Source of the DNA: Pseudomonadota bacterium | GTDB taxonomy: Bacteria > Pseudomonadota > Alphaproteobacteria > Acetobacterales > Acetobacteraceae | Direction of reading: 5' to 3' | Assembly: GCA_021801465.1 (NCBI GenBank) | Contig: JAJYXY010000052.1 | Location: 1-59,936, forward strand | Length of the DNA: 59,936 nt | Shown: positions 21,950 to 31,373 of the stretch, piece after piece | Layout: every line of letters begins with the position of its first letter | Position numbering within the stretch: the stretch's first letter is position 1 | Notes under the pieces: model-generated | What the model saw: only the letters and a program-made list of their open reading frames with translations | Database searches by the model: none | What the model was told of the DNA's origin: nothing | Position numbers and translations under genes: made by a program

Positions 21950-22061
21950 ATCTGTTGTTCTGTTTTGCGCGCTCCCCTCTAAGCTCTCCCCGCCCCCTTC
22001 GCGGCATCACCACCCGATGCCAGTTGCAGGACGCGGCCCGCCCGCTTATGCACGGGCTTTC

Positions 22062-23207
22062 ATGGAACAGGCCCTGAACCCGCTCGCGATCGCGCATCAA
22101 CATGTCGTGTTCGAGGATGGTCTTCTCCTCGATAGCGGCACGCATTTGCCGAGACTCGTCGTCGCCTATCGCACCTATGGCACGCTGAATGCGGCGCGCA
22201 GCAACGCGGTTCTGGTTTGCCATGCCTTGACCGGCGATCAATATGTCGCAGAGGAACACCCGCTGACCGGGAAGCCAGGCTGGTGGGAATTGCTGGTCGG
22301 GCCGGGGGCTGCTGTCGATACCGAGCGTTATTTCGTGATCTGTGCCAATGTTCTCGGCGGCTGCATGGGATCGAGCGGGCCGCGCAGCCCGCGCGATGAT
22401 GACCAAACCCAGCTATGGGGCACCGATTTTCCCGCCGTCACAATCCGCGACATGGTGCGCGCGCAACAGCGTCTGATCACGCATCTCGGCATTGAACGCC
22501 TGTTCGCGGTGATCGGCGGCTCGATGGGCGGGATGCAGGTGCTGGAATGGGCGGCGACCTTCCCCGAGCAGGTTTTCGCTGCCGTGCCGATCGCGACCGC
22601 GGCCTATCATTCGGCGCAAAACATCGCCTTCAACGAGGTCGGCCGGCAAGCCATCTTCGCCGATCCCGATTGGGAGGGCGGACGCTATTGGCAAAGCGGG
22701 CGGGTGCCGGCGCGCGGGCTTGCGGTCGCGCGCATGGTCGCGCACATCACCTATCTCAGCGAGCAGGCCTTGACGCGCAAATTCGGCCGCCGGCTGCGCG
22801 CCGGCTCCTCGGTCCTCGGCCCCTATTCCGATGTCTTCGAGGTCGAAAGCTATCTCCAGCACCAGGGCTCGAGCTTCGTGCGCCGCTTCGACGCCAACGC
22901 CTATCTCGCGATCACTCGGGCGATGGATTATTTCGACCTCGCCGCCGATCATGGTGGCGATCTCGCGCAGGCATTCGCTGGCACGAAAACCCGCTTTTGC
23001 CTCGTCTCCTTCAGCTCCGACTGGTTGTTTCCGACCAGCGAGAGCCGCGCCATCGTGCGTGCGCTGAACCGTGCCGCCGCCAATGTCAGCTTCGTCGAGA
23101 TCGAGACCGACAAGGGCCATGACGCGTTTCTCCTCGACGAACCCGACTTTCATCGCACGCTGCGCGGCTTTCTCGACGGCTGCGCTCTGCATGCGGGGCT
23201 TTCATGA
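22062..23207 (+). CDS. metX: Homoserine O-acetyltransferase
   Basis: [32 protein letters not shown]; start set to ATG 22062. Confidence 0.95.
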   Translation: MEQALNPLAIAHQHVVFEDGLLLDSGTHLPRLVVAYRTYGTLNAARSNAVLVCHALTGDQYVAEEHPLTGKPGWWELLVGPGAAVDTERYFVICANVLGGCMGSSGPRSPRDDDQTQLWGTDFPAVTIRDMVRAQQRLITHLGIERLFAVIGGSMGGMQVLEWAATFPEQVFAAVPIATAAYHSAQNIAFNEVGRQAIFADPDWEGGRYWQSGRVPARGLAVARMVAHITYLSEQALTRKFGRRLRAGSSVLGPYSDVFEVESYLQHQGSSFVRRFDANAYLAITRAMDYFDLAADHGGDLAQAFAGTKTRFCLVSFSSDWLFPTSESRAIVRALNRAAANVSFVEIETDKGHDAFLLDEPDFHRTLRGFLDGCALHAGLS

Positions 23208-23848
23208 CGGCGGCCGAGCCGCAGGTGCGCCATCTCGCGAAAAACCTGCGCGTCGATCTCGAACTGATCGCCGGCATGATCGCCCCCAAAACCCGCGTCC
23301 TCGATATCGGCTGCGGCGAGGGGACGCTGATCGCGCATCTCTTTCACACCAAAGCCTGTGACGCGCGCGGCATCGAGATCGACATGCGGGAAGTAACGCA
23401 AGCGGTGGCGCACGGCTTGCCGGTGATGCAGGGGAATGCCGACAGCGACCTCGCCCATTATCCTGATGGCGCCTTCGACTATGTCGTGTTGTCACGAACC
23501 TTGCAGGCGGTCGGGCGGCCGCGTGAGGTCTTGCGCCAGATGCTCAGGATCGGCGCGCGCGCGGTGGTGAGCTTTCCCAATTTCGGCCATTGGCGGGTGC
23601 GCTGGCAATTGCTCACGCGCGGGCGGATGCCGATGACCGCGACCTGGGACCGGATGTGGTATGAGACGCCGAACATCCATCCCTGCACCATCCGCGATTT
23701 TTTCGAACTCTGCACCGCTGAAGGTTACGCGGTGGAGCGCTGGCTCGCCGCCGATGATGCGGGGCGGCGGGCGCCATGGCGCAGAGCGCCGTGGCTTGCC
23801 AATCTGTTCGGCGAGCAGGCGGTGTTTCTCTTACGCAAGCGGCAGTAA
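23204..23848 (+). CDS. metW: Methionine biosynthesis protein MetW
   Basis: [30 protein letters not shown]; ATGA overlap with metX. Confidence 0.95.
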   Translation: MTAAEPQVRHLAKNLRVDLELIAGMIAPKTRVLDIGCGEGTLIAHLFHTKACDARGIEIDMREVTQAVAHGLPVMQGNADSDLAHYPDGAFDYVVLSRTLQAVGRPREVLRQMLRIGARAVVSFPNFGHWRVRWQLLTRGRMPMTATWDRMWYETPNIHPCTIRDFFELCTAEGYAVERWLAADDAGRRAPWRRAPWLANLFGEQAVFLLRKRQ

Positions 23849-23864
23849 GCCCGCACCCCCGGCG

Positions 23865-26800
23865 CTACGCCGAGAGCATGGCGATGAGTGATTCTTGCAC
23901 CTTGGCCATGAGTTCTTGGTGGCGTTGGCTGCGCAGGCCCTCTTGCGCACCGATTTCATGCTGCGCGCGATGGAGGCGATCGAGCGCGCTGCCTGCGAGA
24001 CCGCGCGCAGCGATGAAGCGACCGATCGGGCACCCTTCAGCCGACCCGATCGCTTGCGCGCTGCCATGGGCGAAGCGCCAATGCGCCGCGAGCGCGCCGA
24101 GGGCGGTGCGCGGCGCGTACCGGTCGATCACTGGGGTTGCGCCCTTGAGCCAGGAAGCGATGGCGGCCGCGGGCATCGGGCGGGCCAGGGCGAAGCCTTG
24201 TCCCGCTTTTGCACCCAGGATGGCGGCGGCTTCGATCAGTTCTTCGCTTTCCAGCCCTTCGATGACCACGTCGAGGCCGAGATCCCGCCCCAATTGTACC
24301 AAGGCGCCGATGAACCCGAGAACCCGGATCGGGTCGCGGCGCACATCACGCACCAGGCTCTGGTCGATCTTGACGGCATCGAATGGCAATTGGCGAAGAC
24401 GCTGCAGCGAGCTGTAGCCGGACCCGAGATCATCCATGCTGACGCGCACGCCGAGTGCGGAGACTTGCGCGATCGTCGCCGCCGTCGCCGCTTCGTTGCG
24501 ATCGAGATGCCCGGTTTCCATGATTTCAAGCGAAAGGCGCGCGGCAGGTATGCCGGTTTCAATCAGCGCGTCATGCACCCACACCGCACATTCCGGGCGT
24601 AACAGCGTCGTCGGCGGCAAATTCACGCTGACCCCGAACGAGGCCCCTTCGCGCGTCCAGGCCGCGAGTTGGCGGAGAGCGTGCGAGAGGCCGAGGCGAA
24701 ACAGAAGATCGAGGTCGCTCTTGCCAAGGGCGGGCAAAAACTGGCGGGGGCTGATCATCTCGCCGTTGTCCATGACCAGCCGTGCCAGCGCCTCGACCTC
24801 TCGCGGCTGGCCGGTTTCCAGATCGATGATCGGCTGATAGTGCATTTGCAAGCCGCCGGAAAATACCCGCGCGCGCCAGCGTTCGGCGACCATCTCGGGA
24901 ATGACCTCGCGCGGCGCGGCTTCGCTTTGTTGCCAGAGCAAGCTCAGCCGCTGCATCACGCCGACGCAGAATTGCCGCATCCACACCGAGGAAAATTGCC
25001 GTGGATAGCGGCCAAAAAGAACCATGACGAAAACCGGGCGCCCGCGCATGTCTTGCACCGGAAGGACGGCGGCACTGGTGATGCCAACAGTTGCCATCAC
25101 ATCGCGCCAAGGCGCGACGCGGGGATCGAGGGCGTAATTGTCGCAGATTTGAATCTCTTGCGTCCGCCAGGCGATGGCGAGCAGGCCGCGGCCGCGCGGG
25201 TCGCGATCGGCAAGATGCGCCATGCGGCCATCCATGCGCCAGACCGGCTGAATTCCTTGTTTCGCTGCCCCGCCACTGGCCTCGATTTCGAACACGCCAT
25301 TGGTATCGGGGCGAAGAAGTTCGGCGCCGACGATGCCGGGAAGCGTCGCCAACGCATCAAGATGGCCTTGTACCGCATCCACCCAAAGCCCACCGCCATG
25401 GAGCGAGACCGGCAGCAACAGGGTGAGATAGCTCGCGATGGTTTTTTCATGGGCCGCGATCGCGGCCGCCATCATGTCCTGAAGCCGCGCATTGATGATC
25501 AGGGGCAGCGTTTGCCGATCCTCGCCACGCAGCGACAGTGTCGTCAGCTTCTGGGTGAACAGGGTCTGAAAAATGCCAGTCCCCTGGGCGATCAACGCGC
25601 TTTCGATATTGCTCAGAGCATAGAGGCGGCCAAGGTGACGCGATTGCTCGGCAACGACATCGGCTGTCGTCTCCGCGGCCAAAAGAACTTGCAGAGACTG
25701 CACTTGGCGTTTTTTGAGATGCGTGAAATCGTCCTCGGTGACGTGCTCGAGAATGTTACGGCCGAACTGAAACTCGCTTAACAGACGATAGAATTCGGCA
25801 ACGAAGTCCTCGCTGATCAGGCTGTCCAAGGTGGGATAGGCCGATAGCACGCGTGCCGCGTCCGCGCCGTAGGGATCGGGGAGAGAGAGGCGGAATTCGC
25901 GCGCGCTCAAGGCATCTTCATGCCAGCGTTGCCACCATTGCGCGCGCTGGCCTTTCCGCGCTTTGGCGACATAGAGGGCCGCGTCGGCGCGGCGGAGAAG
26001 GAGATCGGGGTTATCGCCGTCCTCGGGGAAAACGGCGATGCCGAGGCTGAAGGCGGTCGAAATGGTGAGGCCATCGCCGAGCGAAAACGGGGTTTCCACC
26101 GCGGCTTGCAACCGGTCGAGAAGAGAGGTGAGCGATTCGACCTCCGGCAATCCCTCGATGGCAAGCACGAATTCATCGCCACCGAAGCGTGCAAGAAGAT
26201 CGCTCTGACGCAAGAGCGCGCGGAGGCGGGTTGCGAACTGACAAAGGAGCGCATCGCCCGTAGCATGACCCCAGACGTCATTGATCGGCTTGAAATCATC
26301 GAGATCGAGAAGCCCGACGGCGACCCGACCGCCTTGGCGCTTGGCGCGCGAGAGGGCAAATTGCAGATGCTCCTCGAATTGCAAGCGGTTGGGCAGACCC
26401 GTCAGGGTATCATGGCGGGCGAGATGGAATTGCTGGCGCCGTTCCTGCTCGAGCCGCGTCTTGAGATCGAGTTCATCGAGCCCGTGGCTGAGAAGCTGCC
26501 CGATTTTCTCGACCAGAGCGAGAATCTCGTGATCAAAACACCCGACGACACGGGAGACGAAAACCAGCGCCGCATAGAGGCTGCCGGCGCGGAAAATCGG
26601 CATCGCCGCGCCCGAGGACCAGTTACGCTGCGCGAGAAAACTGTGCCAGGGGACGAATTCCTCGTCCTCGAAATAATTGTTGCACACTTGCAATTTTCCG
26701 GCACGGAGCGTGCGCACCGTCAAGGGGGCTGCTTCGGCCGCGAGTGGCACAGCGATACCATCGAGCAGCGGCACGCCGCTGCCATAGGCGACTTCGACCC

Positions 26801-28040
26801 GGGCGATATTGTCTGCGTCGGTGCGCGCGATCCACACCGCGTCGAAAAGACCGGAGGTTGCAAGATGGGCACAGGCCTGCTTCAGAATTGCCTGCTCGTC
26901 GCGCTGAACGAGAAGGGAGTCGGTCGCGGCGAGAAGAGCGTTATAGAGACCGTGGAGGCGTTCGAGACGATGCTGCTGCTCGATCGCCTCGAGGGCGAGG
27001 CTGAGATCGAAGGCCAATTCGCCGAGAAGCGAGGCGAATTCCTCATCGAGATCCTCCTCGCCACGCGTGTAAAGCGAAAGCACCGCCCGCGTCTGACCTT
27101 TTACCTTGAGCGGAAGTGCCGCGGACGCGCCGAGCTTGAAATGCGCCGCGCGGGCACGCCAGGGGCAGTAGGTAGAATCGATGTCAAAATTTTTTATCAC
27201 CACCGGGGCGCCGCTTCGCCAGGCTCGTCCAGCCGGTCCCTGGCCTTCGGGAATGTCAGGGTCGATCGAGACGAAAAGATCGTCGAGATAGCGGACGGCC
27301 CCGTTCGCGGCCATGGTCTGAAACCGCCCAGAGGCATCCGGAACGCCGATCCAGGCAAGCGGCAAGGCCCCGCGGGTGATAATGACGCGGCAAATCTCCT
27401 CAAAGAAAACCCCGGCCTCGGGCCGCCCGGCGGCGAGATGATTTACCCCGGCGAGCATGGCGTGGAACCGGGCGAGACGCTGCAGGCGCCGATGCTGGCG
27501 CTCCTGCACCGCTTGCTGACGTGCCGCTTGGAGAACATTGCCCGCAATCCCGGCGAGATGTTCGAGCCAAGCCTCGGTAGGGGCATCGGGAAGCGTCGTC
27601 TCGCCACCGATCTGGGTGCCACCGGTTAGGGCAAAAGTGCCGATCAAACGCTCGTCCTGCCAGATCGGGTAACTCCAGCAAGAATGAATGTCGAACTCGC
27701 GCGCAAGCAGGGCAAGATCGCTCCAGCGCGGATCGCTCTGCGTCTCTGCGACATAAATGGGTGTGCGATGAAAAATCGCAGCGCCGCACGAGCCGGAGCC
27801 GGGACCCGGGGCTAGCCCTTCGAGGGCGGCCGCCAGAGGCAGCGGCGCACTCGGCGCGGCGAAAACACCGAGTTCGCCGCTCTCGCGCATGACCATGATG
27901 CTCGCGATCCGGCCCGGAAAGATATGTTCGGCAAGATGACAGATTTTTATGGCGAGGAAATCAGCCGACCGCCCCGCAGAGAGATCCCGCAAAATCTCTG
28001 TCTGAAGACGGAGCATGCCGGCGACATCAGGTTTATTCAT
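23865..28040 (-). CDS. Multi-sensor diguanylate cyclase/phosphodiesterase (GAF x3 - GGDEF - globin-like - GAF - EAL - CZB-like tail)
   Basis: HDTLTGLPNR, DLDDFKPIND, RQSD...ARFGGDEF; EVEALARL, DDLGSGYSS, KIDQS, EGLE; GAF motifs GSCG/DPRW and GQGPAGRA. Confidence 0.92.
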   Translation of the reverse strand: MNKPDVAGMLRLQTEILRDLSAGRSADFLAIKICHLAEHIFPGRIASIMVMRESGELGVFAAPSAPLPLAAALEGLAPGPGSGSCGAAIFHRTPIYVAETQSDPRWSDLALLAREFDIHSCWSYPIWQDERLIGTFALTGGTQIGGETTLPDAPTEAWLEHLAGIAGNVLQAARQQAVQERQHRRLQRLARFHAMLAGVNHLAAGRPEAGVFFEEICRVIITRGALPLAWIGVPDASGRFQTMAANGAVRYLDDLFVSIDPDIPEGQGPAGRAWRSGAPVVIKNFDIDSTYCPWRARAAHFKLGASAALPLKVKGQTRAVLSLYTRGEEDLDEEFASLLGELAFDLSLALEAIEQQHRLERLHGLYNALLAATDSLLVQRDEQAILKQACAHLATSGLFDAVWIARTDADNIARVEVAYGSGVPLLDGIAVPLAAEAAPLTVRTLRAGKLQVCNNYFEDEEFVPWHSFLAQRNWSSGAAMPIFRAGSLYAALVFVSRVVGCFDHEILALVEKIGQLLSHGLDELDLKTRLEQERRQQFHLARHDTLTGLPNRLQFEEHLQFALSRAKRQGGRVAVGLLDLDDFKPINDVWGHATGDALLCQFATRLRALLRQSDLLARFGGDEFVLAIEGLPEVESLTSLLDRLQAAVETPFSLGDGLTISTAFSLGIAVFPEDGDNPDLLLRRADAALYVAKARKGQRAQWWQRWHEDALSAREFRLSLPDPYGADAARVLSAYPTLDSLISEDFVAEFYRLLSEFQFGRNILEHVTEDDFTHLKKRQVQSLQVLLAAETTADVVAEQSRHLGRLYALSNIESALIAQGTGIFQTLFTQKLTTLSLRGEDRQTLPLIINARLQDMMAAAIAAHEKTIASYLTLLLPVSLHGGGLWVDAVQGHLDALATLPGIVGAELLRPDTNGVFEIEASGGAAKQGIQPVWRMDGRMAHLADRDPRGRGLLAIAWRTQEIQICDNYALDPRVAPWRDVMATVGITSAAVLPVQDMRGRPVFVMVLFGRYPRQFSSVWMRQFCVGVMQRLSLLWQQSEAAPREVIPEMVAERWRARVFSGGLQMHYQPIIDLETGQPREVEALARLVMDNGEMISPRQFLPALGKSDLDLLFRLGLSHALRQLAAWTREGASFGVSVNLPPTTLLRPECAVWVHDALIETGIPAARLSLEIMETGHLDRNEAATAATIAQVSALGVRVSMDDLGSGYSSLQRLRQLPFDAVKIDQSLVRDVRRDPIRVLGFIGALVQLGRDLGLDVVIEGLESEELIEAAAILGAKAGQGFALARPMPAAAIASWLKGATPVIDRYAPRTALGALAAHWRFAHGSAQAIGSAEGCPIGRFIAARGLAGSALDRLHRAQHEIGAQEGLRSQRHQELMAKVQESLIAMLSA

Positions 28041-28184
28041 ACCTATCCCAACTCAAGGATCGCGCATCTTTCTAGAGCACTGTGCCATGACTGGGTATAG
28101 GCTTAGTTAATTTATCATATTCCAAGGAAGCCTGGTGTGCCCGGTCTCTCCCATACGCGTATTGATCCTCGCAAAATGTCGGTA

Positions 28185-28949
28185 TTACTTTGGCGCAAGC
28201 AAAGTAATGCCATAACGGCCATAGATCCGCGCGATGGTGCCGTCGGCTTCGAGGCTCGCGAGCGCGGCGTTGATCGCCGAGCGCAGCTCGTCGTCTGGTT
28301 TGACCATCCCCACCGAGACGTTCCAAGTCAATCCCGGGTCGGTTTCATCCAGGCCGATAATCCGGACCGGATGATCTGGGTGTTTGAGATTGTAATAGCC
28401 AGCAGAGGCCGGGGTCACCATCACGGCATCAACCTCGTGCGTCGCGAGCGCATCGAGAGCATCGTCCTCAAAGCCGAACATCGAAAGTCCGACATGACGC
28501 TGGCCGAGCACCATCGCCGCGAAAGAGCCGCCGAGAACGCCAACCTTGGTATGGCCATCGAGCGCTTCGAAGGAGGTAATTTTGCTTCCCTCCGCGACCA
28601 CCAGGGCGGCGCCGGTATGGTAATAGGGCTTCGAGGTTTTCAGATGGGACTCGCCCTGCGCCTCGCGATCATCGATAGCATCGAGCAAAATGTCGCATTT
28701 GGCGGCGCGGATTTGAAACGCGGTGACGACCCAATCCGGCTCCATGGCGACACCGAGCTTATCGGCGATCGCGCGGGCGAGTTCGAGCTCAAACCCCGGC
28801 GGGTTGGCGGTTTTGCTCGAAAACGGCAGCGCATTGGGATTGGCGCAAACGCCGAGCACACCGCCGGCGCGGATGGCATCGAGCGAACGCGCCTCCGCGT
28901 GAACGGCGAAAATCGCGAAAGCGGCGATAGCGGCGATATATTTCCTCAT
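28185..28949 (-). CDS. Quinoprotein-associated periplasmic binding protein (MxaJ/XoxJ-like)
   Basis: Signal peptide; LGVCANPNALPFS...GFELELARAIA...CD...SKPYY; ATGA overlap with the cytochrome c gene. Confidence 0.8.
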   Translation of the reverse strand: MRKYIAAIAAFAIFAVHAEARSLDAIRAGGVLGVCANPNALPFSSKTANPPGFELELARAIADKLGVAMEPDWVVTAFQIRAAKCDILLDAIDDREAQGESHLKTSKPYYHTGAALVVAEGSKITSFEALDGHTKVGVLGGSFAAMVLGQRHVGLSMFGFEDDALDALATHEVDAVMVTPASAGYYNLKHPDHPVRIIGLDETDPGLTWNVSVGMVKPDDELRSAINAALASLEADGTIARIYGRYGITLLAPK

Positions 28950-29272
28950 GGCTGCTCCGGTTTGAGGGCGCGGATATACTGGATGATTTTGTCGATATCG
29001 GCGTCGCTAAAGGTGCTGCCGAAGGCTGGCATGGCGCCTTCCTTGCCGTGCTTGATGCGGTTGCGAATAAAATCGTCGCTACGCTTTGTATTCATCAATT
29101 GTGGCCCCTTGCCGGCGGTGCGGCCACCATCATTATGGCACCAGCCGCAGGTGGTCGCAAAGAGCTGATTGACGTCGAGATGCGAGGTTTGATCAACCGG
29201 CTGCGCCAACGAAGACCAAGAAAAGCCTAAGAGGCCCGAAACGACGACAAGGAAAAGAGCGCGATTTTTCAT
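28946..29272 (-). CDS. Periplasmic mono-haem cytochrome c
   Basis: Signal peptide, CGWCH haem motif, GPQL, AMPAF (axial Met). Confidence 0.92.
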   Translation of the reverse strand: MKNRALFLVVVSGLLGFSWSSLAQPVDQTSHLDVNQLFATTCGWCHNDGGRTAGKGPQLMNTKRSDDFIRNRIKHGKEGAMPAFGSTFSDADIDKIIQYIRALKPEQP

Positions 29273-29340
29273 CGATTTGACAGAGTTTCCAAAAAATAGC
29301 CGGCGAGGGCATGCCCTCGCCGGATAAAAACGGCCAGATA

Positions 29341-31062
29341 TTATTTCGAAAGGCTGTAGACGACGAGCGCGCCATCGTCGCGCGGCATGCTTTTGTAGAC
29401 ACCGCCGAAGGCTGGCGCAAAATCGTCACTCACCATGCCACCGAAGCCAGACGTGACAGCAACATACTGTTTGCCGCCAGCGGAATAGCTCATAATACCG
29501 CCCTGATGGCCAAGGCCATCATTATGGGTCCAGAGTTCCTTGCCGGTCGAAGCGTCAAAGGCGTGGACGATGCCGCGGCTGTCAGGCACGAAGACGAGAT
29601 TGCCGGCGGTGGACATCACGCTCGCCATCGGCGGCTCGGGGAAGCGGACCTCCCACTTCTTCGCGCCGGTGATCGGATCGCGGGCGTCGAGATGGCCATA
29701 GATCGGCCCGTCAGGCGGCGGCGCGATGGTGAAATTGGCGCCGATATTGAGCTGCACCTGCGGCTGCGTCACCGGGGTGGTCTTCACCACCTCGAGCTTC
29801 ATGCACCATTCCTGGCCAAGCTTGTAGTAAAGCCCGGTCTTCGGGTTGTAAGAGCCCGAGTTCCAGCTCACGCCGCCGGAGATGTGCGGACAGAGGACGT
29901 CATCCTGCTTTCCCGCGGCAAAATCGCGCCGGCCGATCAGCTCGCCGGTTTTTGGGTCGATGTTCTTGACGAAATTATAGTTGTGAACGATCGGCCAGAC
30001 ATTTTTGACATGGGCGGAGTCGTCATAGACGAAAATGAAGCCGCTCTTGTTCGGATGGACAACATAGTTCTGCCCACCGCGCTGCAGCATCACGAACTCA
30101 CCCGGCGCGGCGTCGAAATCCCACGTGTCGTGCGGCAGTTCCTGATGGTAGAATTTGAGCTTACCGGTTTCAACATCGAGACCAAGCACCGAGCTGGTGT
30201 AAAGATTGTCTCCCGGGCGCGCGCCCTTGGTTTTGTAGTCGCCGCCGGACCAATCATAGAGCGGGTCCGGATTGGAGGTGCCCCACCAGACGGTGTTCGT
30301 CTTGGGATCAAACGCGCCGGGCATCCAGCCGCCGCCGCCACCGATGCGCCAGGTGTCATTGCCCCAGGTGGCTTTCGCCGAATCATCCCCGGTAGTGTTG
30401 AATTCCCACTTCTTCTGACCGGAGTTGGCGTCGATCCCGTAGATCTTGCCCTGAACCGGCCATTCACCACCCTGCGAGCCGATGATCACCACGCCGTTCG
30501 CGTAAAGCGGTGCACCGGTAAAGCCGACCGTGAGCTTCTGGCTGTCGATCAGCTTGGTATCCCAGACCGGCTTTCCGGTTTTCATATCAAGGGCGATCAA
30601 GCGGCCATCGACGGTGCCGACGAACACTTTGCCCTCGCCGAGCGCGGCGCCGCGATTATAGGGCGAGTGGGTCTGGCGGGCGACGAGCGCGTCATCAAGC
30701 TCAGGCGTATAAGCCCACATCACCCCGCCGGTCGCGCCGTCGATGGCGAAGACGCGGCTATAGGAGCCAGTGTAATAAAGAATACCGTCGGCAACCAGCG
30801 GCATCGATTGCAGGCCGCGCGTCGAGTGGCCGGGAATGTGGATCCAGGCGACCGAAAGATTCTTAACGTTCTTCGCATTGATCTGGGTCAACCCGCTATA
30901 GTGATAGGAGTTGTAAGATCCGTGGTATGTGAGCCAATCATTAGGGTTGTTGGCTTCGATCCGCTTGCTGTCGATGGTCTGCGCCATCGCACCAGAGGCG
31001 GCGAGTGCCGTTCCGCTGGCGAGAGCAAGCGATAGCGCGAGCGTGCGCTGTCTTTTGAGCAT
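29341..31062 (-). CDS. Type I PQQ-dependent alcohol dehydrogenase, probably lanthanide-dependent
   Basis: Signal peptide; W-motif propeller repeats (AIDGATG...W, ALDMKTGKPVW); GGE, GTSNP, RPGDNLYT, HDTWDFD; GGGAGG RBS; no haem-c domain. Confidence 0.92.
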   Translation of the reverse strand: MLKRQRTLALSLALASGTALAASGAMAQTIDSKRIEANNPNDWLTYHGSYNSYHYSGLTQINAKNVKNLSVAWIHIPGHSTRGLQSMPLVADGILYYTGSYSRVFAIDGATGGVMWAYTPELDDALVARQTHSPYNRGAALGEGKVFVGTVDGRLIALDMKTGKPVWDTKLIDSQKLTVGFTGAPLYANGVVIIGSQGGEWPVQGKIYGIDANSGQKKWEFNTTGDDSAKATWGNDTWRIGGGGGWMPGAFDPKTNTVWWGTSNPDPLYDWSGGDYKTKGARPGDNLYTSSVLGLDVETGKLKFYHQELPHDTWDFDAAPGEFVMLQRGGQNYVVHPNKSGFIFVYDDSAHVKNVWPIVHNYNFVKNIDPKTGELIGRRDFAAGKQDDVLCPHISGGVSWNSGSYNPKTGLYYKLGQEWCMKLEVVKTTPVTQPQVQLNIGANFTIAPPPDGPIYGHLDARDPITGAKKWEVRFPEPPMASVMSTAGNLVFVPDSRGIVHAFDASTGKELWTHNDGLGHQGGIMSYSAGGKQYVAVTSGFGGMVSDDFAPAFGGVYKSMPRDDGALVVYSLSK

Positions 31063-31090
31063 AAAGGGTTCCTCCCGTTGGTTACCGCAG

Positions 31091-31118
31091 TTTCCCGAGT
31101 AAACATTACCCGGGTAAT
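31091..31118. promoter_or_regulatory. Candidate operator upstream of the PQQ dehydrogenase
   Basis: Perfect palindrome ATTACCCGGGTAAT (31105-31118) preceded, 15 bp earlier, by a degenerate copy TTTCCCGAGTAA. Confidence 0.55.
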
Positions 31119-31373
31119 CTCAAACATATCACCAAAAATCTTTCTCTCCGTCTAGCGTCCTGCCCTGAAAAAAACCCTCGAAATTCAGGGTTGACAGAGA
31201 GACTTGGAAACAAGGCGCTAGGGCGCGGGCATTTTTCGAGAAAATCTCGGCACTCGAGACGCTGGCACCATGAGTCTTAGACGGCGCCCCTATCCCGCCA
31301 CTGTGTCAGGCGAGCCATGCGTGAGACGTCGATCTCCCCTCCTAATACACGCGATCGTGAGCGCTGTCACGCC

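Noticed and set aside
21838-22061. SAM-II riboswitch before metX
   Set aside because: No recognisable consensus; the region holds the AT-rich repeat and a promoter-like sequence close to the start.
28041-28184. Sigma-54 promoter for the DGC/PDE (TGGCAC on the minus strand)
   Set aside because: No GC at the -12 position.
25920-31035. Long plus-strand ORFs (569, 343 and 574 aa)
   Set aside because: Antisense shadows of the DGC/PDE, J protein and PQQ dehydrogenase. They have no motifs and are typical of high-GC DNA; the same applies to most other overlapping ORFs in the track.
29341-31062. Calling the enzyme xoxF, mxaF or exaF
   Set aside because: It lacks the Cys-Cys motif that all of these have, so no gene symbol was assigned.
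31270-31373. Small ORF or aroE remnant after maf
   Set aside because: Only a 13-codon frame with a poorly spaced SD; no shikimate dehydrogenase motifs.
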